Shown here: piece by piece, positions 20,002 through 28,288 of the stretch
How positions within the stretch are numbered: the stretch's first letter is position 1
Layout of the letters: each line of letters starts with the position of its first letter
Source of the DNA: Vicinamibacteria bacterium
GTDB lineage: Bacteria; Acidobacteriota; Vicinamibacteria; Marinacidobacterales; Marinacidobacteraceae
NCBI GenBank assembly: GCA_965199715.1
Contig: OZ241322.1
Location: forward strand, 1,344,001-1,408,000
Length of the DNA: 64,000 nt
Direction of reading: 5' to 3'
Translations under genes and position numbers: made by a program
The notes under the pieces: generated by a model
Told to the model about the DNA's origin: nothing
Databases searched by the model: none
What the model saw: the letters and a program-made list of their open reading frames with translations, nothing else

Positions 20002-20373
20002 CTATTCGTTGTACACGGCGCCCGCCAGGATCCCGGCGACGGCCATCTCCGCGAAGGTCCAGCCGAGGGCGAGCCACGGCAGCGGCATGACGCCCATGTT
20101 GGCGAGCCCGGTGGCGGGCAGCAGCGCGTGGAGGAACCACACGATCAGGCCGGCGCAGGCGGCGGTCTTCGGGCCCGGTCCCCAGCGGGGCCGCACCAGC
20201 GCGTACATGTAGGCCACGAACAGGCCCAGCACGAACGCGTAGAGCACCCAGAACGCCATGGACCCGGCGGCGTCCGGCTCCACCGGAACGACGATCGTGT
20301 TGAGGACGAACTCGCTGAAGTTGATCAGGATTCCGGCGAGGATGCCGCCCTTGACGACCGCGCCCAGCCTCAT
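20002..20373 (-). CDS. Small membrane protein
   Basis: Four hydrophobic segments, RPRWGPGPKTA; ATGA overlap with sdhB. Confidence 0.7.
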   Translation of the reverse strand: MRLGAVVKGGILAGILINFSEFVLNTIVVPVEPDAAGSMAFWVLYAFVLGLFVAYMYALVRPRWGPGPKTAACAGLIVWFLHALLPATGLANMGVMPLPWLALGWTFAEMAVAGILAGAVYNE

Positions 20374-21116
20374 CGCCCGGTGATGACCCGGAACAGGTTC
20401 CGGACCGGATCGTAGAACCGGTCCGCGACCCGCTCCTTCAGCGGGATGATCGCGTTGTCGGTGATCGTGATGTGCTCCGGACAGACCTTGGTGCAGCACT
20501 TGGTGATGTTGCAGTACCCGACGCCCTGCGCGTCCTTCAGTTCCTCGAGGCGATCCTCCGTGTCCAGCGGGTGCATCTCGAGCGCCGCGGCGTACACGAA
20601 GAACCGCGGTCCGATGAACTCCTCATGCAGGTGCGAGTCGCGCAGGACGTGGCAGACGTCCTGGCAGAGGAAGCACTCGATGCACTTGCGGAATTCCTGG
20701 ACGCGATCCACGTCGCGCTGGGGCATGCGCCAGGTGCCGTCGGGGGCGTCGGCCTCGCGGGGCTTGAACGTCTTGATGCGCTTCTTGACCTCGAAGTTCC
20801 AGCTCACGTCGGTGACGAGGTCCTTGAGGATCGGGAACGCCCGCATCGGCTCGATCGTGACCGGGCGATCGTCGGGCACGTCGCTCATGCGGGTCATGCA
20901 CATGAGGCGCGGGTTCCCGTTCACCTCGGCGCTGCAGGAGCCGCACTTCCCCGCCTTGCAGTTCCAGCGCACCGCCAGATCGGGCGCGGACTCGGCCTGG
21001 ATCCGATGCACCGCGTCCAGCACCACCATGCCCTCGGTGACGTCGGTGCGGTACTCCACCATCTCGCCGCCGTCGTCGGGGGAGCCCCGGCGGATCCGGA
21101 ACGCTCTCTCGGCCAT
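20370..21116 (-). CDS. sdhB: Succinate dehydrogenase/fumarate reductase iron-sulfur subunit
   Basis: CKAGKCGSC..C, CIECFLCQDVC, CNITKCCTKVCP. Confidence 0.94.
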   Translation of the reverse strand: MAERAFRIRRGSPDDGGEMVEYRTDVTEGMVVLDAVHRIQAESAPDLAVRWNCKAGKCGSCSAEVNGNPRLMCMTRMSDVPDDRPVTIEPMRAFPILKDLVTDVSWNFEVKKRIKTFKPREADAPDGTWRMPQRDVDRVQEFRKCIECFLCQDVCHVLRDSHLHEEFIGPRFFVYAAALEMHPLDTEDRLEELKDAQGVGYCNITKCCTKVCPEHITITDNAIIPLKERVADRFYDPVRNLFRVITGR

Positions 21117-22933
21117 CAGCGGTTCTCCTCGATGATCTGGAGCAGCTCGCCGCGGGGCGCCGCGACCGGCTCCTCCGAGACCTCCATCGCGCCGCCCTCG
21201 CCCCGGCGGACCACGAGCGTGGTCTTGCCCCAGCGCTCGTCCTTGCCGGGATGGTCCTCGCGGAAATGGGCGCCGCGGCTCTCTTTGCGCACCGCCGCGG
21301 TGCGGGCGGCCGCCTCGGACACCAGCAGCAGGTTCGGGAGGTCGAGCGCGGTGTGCCATCCCGGGTTGTACTCGCGGCTGCCCGGGGAGACGACCGTCTT
21401 CGAGCGTGCGCCGAGCGCCAGCACGCCCTCGAGGCCCGCATCGACCTCGGACTGGCTGCGCACGATGCCGACCTTCGCCTGCATCAGGTCCTGGAGCTCG
21501 GACTGGATCGCGTAGGGGTTCTCGCCGCCGGCGTCCTGCCGCTCGAGCGGCGCGAGCGCGTCGCGGGTCGCCGCCTCTACCTGCTCGGCCTCGGTCGCCT
21601 CGCACGCGGGCCGCGGGTTCGCCGACGCGAAGCCCGCCGCGTGCTCCCCCGCCCGCTTGCCGAACACGAGGAGGTCCGAGAGCGAGTTTCCGCCGAGCCG
21701 GTTCGCGCCGTGGAGCCCGCCCGCGCACTCGCCAGCGGCGAACAGCCCGGGAACCGCGCTCATCTGGGTCTCCCCGTCCACCCGCACGCCGCCCATGACG
21801 TAGTGGGTCGTGGGGCCGACCTCCATCGGGGTGGTCGTGATGTCGAGGCCGGCCAGCTCCTTGAACTGATGGTACATGCTCGGGAGCTTCCGGCGGATGT
21901 GGGCCTCGCTGTCCTTGATCCGCTCCTTGATCCACGCGATGTCGAGGAACACGCCCCCGTGCGGGCTGCCGCGGCCCTCGCGGACCTCGCGGACGATGCA
22001 GCGGGCGACGTGGTCGCGGGTGAGGAGCTCGGGCGGGCGCCGCGCTTCCTTGTCGCCCTGCGTGTAGCGCCATCCCTCCTCGGCGTCGCTCGCGGTCTGC
22101 GACCGGTAGAGGTCGGGGATGTCGTCGAACATGAAGCGCTCGCCCTCGCTGTTGCGCAGCACGCCGCCCTCTCCCCGGACGCCCTCGGTGACCAAGATTC
22201 CGCGGACGCTCGGCGGCCAGACCATCCCCGTGGGATGAAACTGGACGTACTCCATGTCGATCAGCTCGGCGCCGGCGTCGTACGCGAGCGCGTGGCCGTC
22301 GCCGGTGTACTCCCAACTGTTCGAGGTGACCCGGAACGCGCGCCCGATGCCGCCCGTGGCGAGCACCACGGCGGAGGCGCGATAGAGCCGGAAGCGCCCT
22401 CGCTCCCGGTCGTACCCGAAGGCGCCGACGACGCGCCCGCCGTCGAGGAGCAGCCGGGTGACCGTCTGCTCCATGTACACGTCCATCCCGGTGTGGATGC
22501 CGTGATCCTGGAGCGTGCGGATCATCTCGAGCCCGGTGCGGTCGCCGACGTGCGCGAGCCGGGGATACCGGTGGCCCCCGAAGTTGCGCTGCATGATCCG
22601 CTCGTCGGGGGTGCGGTCGAACACCGCCCCCCACGCCTCGAGCTCGTTCACCCGCTGCGGGGCTTCCTTCGCATGAAGCTCGGCCATGACCGGGTTGTTC
22701 ACGTACTGGCCGCCGCGCATCGTGTCGGCGAAATGGGTGCGCCAGTCGTCGCGCTCGTCCACGTTGGCCAGCGCGGCGGCGACGCCCCCCTCGGCCATCA
22801 CCGTGTGCGCCTTGCCGAGCAGCGACTTGGTCACGAGCCCGACGCTCGCGCCCCGGGACGCGGCCTCGATGGCGGCGCGCAGCCCGGCGCCGCCGGCGCC
22901 GATCACCAGGACGTCGTGCTCGGTGGTCTGCAC
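21116..22933 (-). CDS. sdhA: Succinate dehydrogenase/fumarate reductase flavoprotein
   Basis: GAGGAG, AHTVMAEGG, QFHPTG, TEGVRGEG, HYVMGG, HGANRLGGNSL, ESRGAH. Confidence 0.95.
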   Translation of the reverse strand: MQTTEHDVLVIGAGGAGLRAAIEAASRGASVGLVTKSLLGKAHTVMAEGGVAAALANVDERDDWRTHFADTMRGGQYVNNPVMAELHAKEAPQRVNELEAWGAVFDRTPDERIMQRNFGGHRYPRLAHVGDRTGLEMIRTLQDHGIHTGMDVYMEQTVTRLLLDGGRVVGAFGYDRERGRFRLYRASAVVLATGGIGRAFRVTSNSWEYTGDGHALAYDAGAELIDMEYVQFHPTGMVWPPSVRGILVTEGVRGEGGVLRNSEGERFMFDDIPDLYRSQTASDAEEGWRYTQGDKEARRPPELLTRDHVARCIVREVREGRGSPHGGVFLDIAWIKERIKDSEAHIRRKLPSMYHQFKELAGLDITTTPMEVGPTTHYVMGGVRVDGETQMSAVPGLFAAGECAGGLHGANRLGGNSLSDLLVFGKRAGEHAAGFASANPRPACEATEAEQVEAATRDALAPLERQDAGGENPYAIQSELQDLMQAKVGIVRSQSEVDAGLEGVLALGARSKTVVSPGSREYNPGWHTALDLPNLLLVSEAAARTAAVRKESRGAHFREDHPGKDERWGKTTLVVRRGEGGAMEVSEEPVAAPRGELLQIIEENR

Positions 22934-22934
22934 G

Positions 22935-23741
22935 TCAGAGGATCCGGAAGTCGGTCCAGACGCCCATGGAGCAGAGCCGGACGTACACGTCGGAGAACGC
23001 GACCCAGACGAGGCTGAACCAGGCGAAGTTCATGTGCCGGATGTTCAGCCACGTGGAGCATTCGTAGGCGCAGCGGCGCGCCGGGCGATCCGCGATGCGG
23101 TCGAGGAGCCCGCCGACGAGGTGCCGGAACGAATGGCAGCCGAAGGTGTAGCCGCCGAGCAGGATCACGTTGAGCGTCAGGACGAGCGTGCCCACGCCGA
23201 TCCCGAATTCCTCGACTCCGCTGGCCGGGTTGGCGAACCACATCGCCTTCCAGGCGTCGTACGCGAGGATCCCGATGAAGATGACCGCGAAATAAAGGAA
23301 GTACCGGTGGACGTTCTGGAGGATGAGCGGGAGGCTGTTTTCGCCCCGGTACACCTTCCACGGCTTGCCCACGGTGCACGAGGCCGGGCTGGCCCAGAAC
23401 GCCTTGTAGTACGCGCCGCGGTAGTAGTAGCAGGTGAGCCGGAACCCGGCGGGCGCCCAGAGGATGAGGAACGCCGGCGAGAACGGCACGAAGGCCGGCC
23501 AGAATCCGGGCTTGTCGCCCAGCCATGCGTGGTGCGAGTCGCCGAAGAGCACCGGCGAGTACATCGGCGACAGGTAGTTCCCGAGCTCGTAGTGGGCGTT
23601 TTGGAACGCGGCCCACGTGGAGTACACGATGAACCCGGAGAGGACCGTGAAGGTCACGACGGGGACGATCCACCACGGTTCGCGCCGGCGCGTGGCCCCG
23701 AATCCCTGCTGCGCGGGCAGCGTCCCGGCTACGGTCGGCAC
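22935..23741 (-). CDS. Succinate dehydrogenase membrane anchor (Rv0249c/Sdh1-like)
   Basis: FRLTCYYYRGAYYKAFW, QNVHRYF, GCHSFRHLVGG, HMNFAWFSL; GTG start 23741. Confidence 0.85.
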   Translation of the reverse strand: MPTVAGTLPAQQGFGATRRREPWWIVPVVTFTVLSGFIVYSTWAAFQNAHYELGNYLSPMYSPVLFGDSHHAWLGDKPGFWPAFVPFSPAFLILWAPAGFRLTCYYYRGAYYKAFWASPASCTVGKPWKVYRGENSLPLILQNVHRYFLYFAVIFIGILAYDAWKAMWFANPASGVEEFGIGVGTLVLTLNVILLGGYTFGCHSFRHLVGGLLDRIADRPARRCAYECSTWLNIRHMNFAWFSLVWVAFSDVYVRLCSMGVWTDFRIL

Positions 23742-23770
23742 GATTCGGAGTGTACCAGCGGCCCCGCGCG

Positions 23771-24553
23771 TCAGAACCTCAGGACGAGGAGGACTTGCGG
23801 GATGATCTCGTGGTCGCCGCCGGAGCCGAACTTGTTCCACCAGAAGTGGAGCTCGGCGCCGACGAAGAACCGGTTCGGCTCGGAGTCCATGGCCTCGCCC
23901 AGATCCATCCGGATCTGCGGCTGGAACAGCACCCACGCGGCGTTTCGGAAGCCGAGCTCGCTGTCGGTGGCGCTGTGCCATTCGCCGTGGCCCTCGACGG
24001 TCCACGACGAGTCTCCCAGTTGGAAGGGCCGGCTCCAGTTGAAGTCGATGACGAAGGAGCTGGACGCCTTGGGGGCGCCGCCGCCCTCGAGCCCGGCGCT
24101 TTGGTCCACGAGCCAGGTGAAGTCGAGGTTCGAGAAGGCGAAGCGCGGGAGGTCGAGCTGGAGGCGGACGCCCGGCGACCAGCGCAGCGACTTGGCCTGC
24201 GCCGCCCAGTTGAAGCCGAGGATGGGGCCGATCCCCCGCACCGGCCCGAAGGAGACCTCCTTGCCGGCGATCGACCCGTAGTCGAAGTAGGCGTAGTACT
24301 CGGAGTAGGCGTCACGGTCGGCGGCGGCGCCCTCGCAGCACGAGAAGTCCACGAAGAAGAAATGCTCGCCCTTGCTCCATCCGCTCGCGTGCTGCAGCGT
24401 GAACAGGTTCTGGAAGCCGGGCGCGTTGAAGGGGCCGTCCTGCAGCGCGTATCCCCCCTGGTATTGGAGCTCGGTGGCGCTCCACTGGGCCCGGGCGAGC
24501 GACGGGAAGAGCGCGGCGAGCAGGATCGCGGGAAGTGTCGGGAAGCGCTTCAC
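23771..24553 (-). CDS. Tsx-like outer membrane channel
   Basis: Signal peptide; TLQHASGWSKGEHFFFVDF, QPQIRMDLG, WWNKFG, terminal F. Confidence 0.8.
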   Translation of the reverse strand: MKRFPTLPAILLAALFPSLARAQWSATELQYQGGYALQDGPFNAPGFQNLFTLQHASGWSKGEHFFFVDFSCCEGAAADRDAYSEYYAYFDYGSIAGKEVSFGPVRGIGPILGFNWAAQAKSLRWSPGVRLQLDLPRFAFSNLDFTWLVDQSAGLEGGGAPKASSSFVIDFNWSRPFQLGDSSWTVEGHGEWHSATDSELGFRNAAWVLFQPQIRMDLGEAMDSEPNRFFVGAELHFWWNKFGSGGDHEIIPQVLLVLRF

Positions 24554-24559
24554 GATGGC

Positions 24560-24566
24560 TAAATTA
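24560..24566. promoter_or_regulatory. Putative bidirectional -10 element TAAATTA
   Basis: Only 17 bp separate the divergent start codons (24553 and 24571); TAAATT on +, TAATTT on -, inside the palindrome GGCTAAATTAGCC. Confidence 0.6.
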
Positions 24567-24570
24567 GCCG

Positions 24571-25332
24571 ATGGGGATCGGACGGATCGCGTTCGGGCCG
24601 GTGGCGGCGCTTGCGCTCTCGGCCGCCGTTCTCGCCGGTTCGCAAACCGCCCGGGGGGAGCGAGCAGCCGAGCGAATGCGCATGGTCGAACAACAGATCG
24701 AGGCGCTCGGGGTGCGCGATCCCGCCGTGCTCGAGGCGATGCGAAGCGTGCCGAGGCACCGGTTCGTGCCCGAGACGCACCGGGACTTCGCGTACGAGCA
24801 CCGGGCGCTGCCGATCGCCGAGGGCCAGACCATCAGCCAGCCGTTCGTCGTGGCGCTGATGACCGAGCTGGCGCGCGTCCGGCCCGGCGACCGGGTGCTC
24901 GAGATCGGAACCGGATCCGGCTATCAGGCGGCGGTCCTCGCCGAGATCGGGGCGCAGGTGTTCACCATCGAGCGGATCGCGCCGCTCTCGCGCGGGGCGC
25001 GGGAAGTCCTGGCCGAGCTCGGCTACGGGAACGTCCGGTTCCGGATCGGTGACGGGTACGCCGGTTGGCCCGACGAAGCGCCCTTCGACCGCATCCTCGT
25101 GACCGCCGCCCCGCCCGAGATCCCGCCGGCGCTCGTGGGACAGCTCGGCCCGGGGGGACGGCTGGTCGCGCCGGTCGGCCCCGACGGCGCCGAGCAGGAC
25201 CTTGTCGTGGCGGTGCGCGAGGAGTCCGGGGAGGTTCGGGTCGAGAACCACGGCGGCGTGTACTTCGTCCCGATGGTGCCGGGCGGCCGCCGGCCGGGCG
25301 GTGACCACTCACTTGGTCCGTCCAAGGAGTGA
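24571..25332 (+). CDS. pcm: Protein-L-isoaspartate O-methyltransferase
   Basis: VPRHRFV, GQTISQP, VLEIGTGSGYQAA, GDGYAGW, FDRILVTAA, FVPMV. Confidence 0.95.
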   Translation: MGIGRIAFGPVAALALSAAVLAGSQTARGERAAERMRMVEQQIEALGVRDPAVLEAMRSVPRHRFVPETHRDFAYEHRALPIAEGQTISQPFVVALMTELARVRPGDRVLEIGTGSGYQAAVLAEIGAQVFTIERIAPLSRGAREVLAELGYGNVRFRIGDGYAGWPDEAPFDRILVTAAPPEIPPALVGQLGPGGRLVAPVGPDGAEQDLVVAVREESGEVRVENHGGVYFVPMVPGGRRPGGDHSLGPSKE

Positions 25333-25338
25333 TCGCCC
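25296..25338. repeat. Imperfect inverted repeat at the pcm 3' end
   Basis: GGTGACCACTCACTTGG-tccgt-CCAAGGAGTGATCGCC; arms pair apart from one bulged A, one mismatch and one G-T wobble. Confidence 0.7.
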
Positions 25339-25339
25339 C

Positions 25340-26173
25340 TTGACTGCGAAGCGTGCAGACCATACGAAGCGCCCAGCCAGCGAGGAGATGCGTCGGCGGA
25401 TCGTGTCCCGAATTCGACGCAATCAGCGACGACGGGAGCGTGGCCGAAGCACCCCGCAAGAAGGCGATGTATCCGGCGCCGAGCAGGACGCGTGTCACGC
25501 TCTCGGGGGGAAAATCGGAAGTCCCGGGTTAGTAGCGGAGGCATTGGAACGGGCGGGTGAACCCGCCGAAACGCTCATGGCCACCCCCGCATCCGATCCT
25601 TGGATTCGATCGAGCGACAAACGGTCATCCACTTGCTGGCGTCGGAGAATCAAAACGAGATCGGCATGCGCTACTGGAATCGTTGCCGTCCGACCAGATG
25701 GAACGGCGGGAGGAATCGGACTTGGTTCCGATGTACATCGGGACAGGGCGCTGGTCCGATGCCGCGCGAATCTGCTTCGATCGGATAGGGCTGGTACTCC
25801 GCTGGAGATTGTGGACGCCTTCAATCTCGGCACGGCTCAATGGGGCGCATCCGGTACTCCCAAGGAAATGTCGTTTCGCCAAGTGCCGGCGTTGTCGCTG
25901 GACACCGCGGACGAGGGTGCCAATTTCCATCAGTGCATGGCAATCTCGCACTGGGTGTTGGGAGATAGCGAGAATGCCTCAACGCGTGTTCGTGTTTCTC
26001 GAGACGCTGTTGGGACGAGGCTCGGCACCCGAGAATTTGGCTGTTGGCGCTACGAGCGCGTAGCCCCGAAGGAGTTCCTCAAGGACCTCGACGAGTTCCA
26101 GGCCCTCATCGAAGGGGACGAGACCAAGCGGCCCCGGTTCATGACCCGGGCTGCGTCACCGTCTTCCGACTGA
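25340..26173 (+). pseudogene. Frameshifted, lower-GC gene remnant (C-terminal part of a larger helical protein)
   Basis: Protein-like text switches among three frames (LDSIERQTVIHLLASE / LLESLPSDQ..YIGTGRWSDAA / DAFNLGTAQWGA..ANFHQCMAISHW..EFGCWRYERV..FLKDLDEF); no credible start. Confidence 0.6.
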
Positions 26174-27206
26174 ATTCCTCGGCCAGCTTCTCGATCCGTT
26201 CGGCCACGTCCTCGCCGCCGAACTCCTTCAGCAGCGGCGCAAGGCCGGCGAGGCGCATTCCCAGCACCATCTTGCGCAGGGGCTCGGGCTCGATCTCGTC
26301 GATCCAGTCCCACCAGCCGATGACGTGCCGCGCCATGTCCTCCTTGCCGCTCGCCCGGAAACTGACGGTGAAGGAACCGTCGTCGTTCCGGGTCGCGGTC
26401 TGCGACGGATGGAACTCCCAATCGTGCGGCGAGGGCGCGTCGCTGCGGAACCGCCATCTCACGTCGCTGGCCTCGGCGTCCTCGAAGCTCCCGAACAGGT
26501 TCCGGACGTAGTTCTGGAATGGCCTGGGGTCGATGGAGCAGGTTTTCTCCGTGACTTCGAGGTTCTCCATCCGGTCGAGGCGGTACTGACGCAACCCCTT
26601 CCCGCCCAGCTTCCCGACGAGCCGGGTGGCGCCGCCGAAGAGGATGCCCCGGGGCTCCACTTCGTGGGTCCGGAGTTGGCCCTTGCGGTTCGTGTACCGG
26701 AACCGGACCACGCGGAGCTGGTCGAAGGCCTCGAAGAGGCGCGTCTTGATCTCGGACGCGATCGGGATCCTGGGACCGGGCCGGGAGGCGAACCCGAGCG
26801 TCTCGAACAGGTCGTCGATGTCCCGCTGCAACTTGGCGAAACGGTTTTGCTCCTCCGTCCGACGGATCGCCTCCTCGATCTTCTTGCCGAGAGACTCGAT
26901 CCCCTCGGCGGCGTCCTCGAGATTCTGCGCGCGCAGCTTCTTGGCCGCGATCCGGAGCGCCACCATCTCCTGCCGCGTCGGGTTCTGGTCGAACAGGAAG
27001 TGATCCCGGTTCAGCCGGAAGGTCGACTTCCCCTCCGCGTTGACCTGGACGTCGAGCGATCCGGGGAAACGCTCCGCGAGCGTCTTGATCCAGCGCTGGA
27101 TCGTGCGCCGGTCGCGCTTCGACTCCGCCTGGAGCGTCGCGTAGGTGTGCCTGCCGGAACTCAGCGTCCCGATCAGGCTGATTGCGCGCTCCAGTGCGTC
27201 CGCCAC
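26139..27206 (-). CDS. WYL-domain transcriptional regulator (HTH-WYL-WCX, DriD-like)
   Basis: RRTIQRWIKTL HTH, RPGPR, VEPRGILFG, YRLDRM, FGSF, FHPSQ, DGSFTVSF. Confidence 0.88.
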   Translation of the reverse strand: MADALERAISLIGTLSSGRHTYATLQAESKRDRRTIQRWIKTLAERFPGSLDVQVNAEGKSTFRLNRDHFLFDQNPTRQEMVALRIAAKKLRAQNLEDAAEGIESLGKKIEEAIRRTEEQNRFAKLQRDIDDLFETLGFASRPGPRIPIASEIKTRLFEAFDQLRVVRFRYTNRKGQLRTHEVEPRGILFGGATRLVGKLGGKGLRQYRLDRMENLEVTEKTCSIDPRPFQNYVRNLFGSFEDAEASDVRWRFRSDAPSPHDWEFHPSQTATRNDDGSFTVSFRASGKEDMARHVIGWWDWIDEIEPEPLRKMVLGMRLAGLAPLLKEFGGEDVAERIEKLAEEFSRKTVTQPGS

Positions 27207-27211
27207 GCCCG

Positions 27212-27218
27212 TATCCTA
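27212..27218. promoter_or_regulatory. Putative bidirectional -10 element TATCCTA
   Basis: TAGGAT on - lies 6 nt before the WYL GTG; TATCCT on + points into hom. Confidence 0.5.
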
Positions 27219-27241
27219 CGATCCCGGCCGCCGAACGATTC

Positions 27242-28288
27242 GTGCTTCCTCTCTCCACGCGGCCGCTCGTCCTGCTCGGGATGGGCGCCGTCCATCAGGC
27301 GCTGCTTCGCATCCTCGGCTTCCGGGAGCGGCTCCTCGCCGAGCGTTACGGCGTCCGCCTGCCCGTCGTCGCGTGCGCGGACAGCGGCGGATTCGTGCGG
27401 GGGCCGGACGACGGCGGCCCTCCGGCCGGAGACCTGCTGCGGGCGAAGGCGCGCGGCGTCACGCTGCGGGACATTCCGGGCGCGAGCCCCGTTTCCCTCG
27501 CCGACGCGCTGGATCGCGCCGGGCGCTCCGCGATCCTCCTCGACGCCGCGCCCATGGACCTGGAGGGAGGGCCCGGCCTCGAAGCCGCCGTCCTCGCGCT
27601 CGGAACCGGCCGCTCGGCGGTCTTCGCCAACAAGTCGGCGGTCGCCTTCGACTTCGACCGGCTGGAGGCGCTCGCGCGCGCTTCGGGAGCCGGAATGGGC
27701 TGGAGCGCGACCGTCTGCGGAGGGCTGCCGGTCGTGAATCTGGGCCGGCGCGAGCTCGTCGCCGCCCGCTTCCGCCGGGTGCGCGGCGTCTTCAACTCCA
27801 CGAGCAACCTGGTGCTCGACCGGATGGCCGGGGGCCTCTCGCTCGAAGCCGCGATCGCCGAGGCGAAGGCCCGCGGGATCGCCGAGGCGGACCCGACGAA
27901 CGACCTGAACGGGACGGACACGGCGCTCAAGCTCGTGATCCTCGCCCGCACCGTCCTCGGCGTTCCGGCGACCTTCGCGTCGGTCGAACGCTCGGGGGTG
28001 GAGGACGCGCCCGACGCGCCGGAGGGGACCGCGCTGCGTCTCCTGGGAGAGGCCGACGCCGACGGGAAGCTGCGGGTGTTCCCGGCGGCGCTCCCCCGGG
28101 ACAGTTTCCTCGGCGGCATCGGACCGCTCGACATGGCCGTCGAATGGGAGACCGACCTCTTCGAGACGCACCGGTTCGCCGCCACCGAATCGGACGCCGC
28201 ACCCACCGCCGCCGCCGTCCTGCGGGACACCGTCCACATCGCGCTCGGCCTCGCGGCGGGCCCATCGCTCAGAATCCCGGCCGCATGA
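27242..28288 (+). CDS. hom: Homoserine dehydrogenase (no ACT domain)
   Basis: LLGMGAV, ANKS, SATVCGGLPV, GVFNSTSN, GIAEADPTNDLNGTDTALKLVILA. Confidence 0.85.
   Translation: MLPLSTRPLVLLGMGAVHQALLRILGFRERLLAERYGVRLPVVACADSGGFVRGPDDGGPPAGDLLRAKARGVTLRDIPGASPVSLADALDRAGRSAILLDAAPMDLEGGPGLEAAVLALGTGRSAVFANKSAVAFDFDRLEALARASGAGMGWSATVCGGLPVVNLGRRELVAARFRRVRGVFNSTSNLVLDRMAGGLSLEAAIAEAKARGIAEADPTNDLNGTDTALKLVILARTVLGVPATFASVERSGVEDAPDAPEGTALRLLGEADADGKLRVFPAALPRDSFLGGIGPLDMAVEWETDLFETHRFAATESDAAPTAAAVLRDTVHIALGLAAGPSLRIPAA

Noticed and set aside
25296-25338. Integron attC site or Rho-independent terminator
   Set aside because: No RYYYAAC/GTTRRRY ends, no integrase, no second copy seen, and no U-tract.
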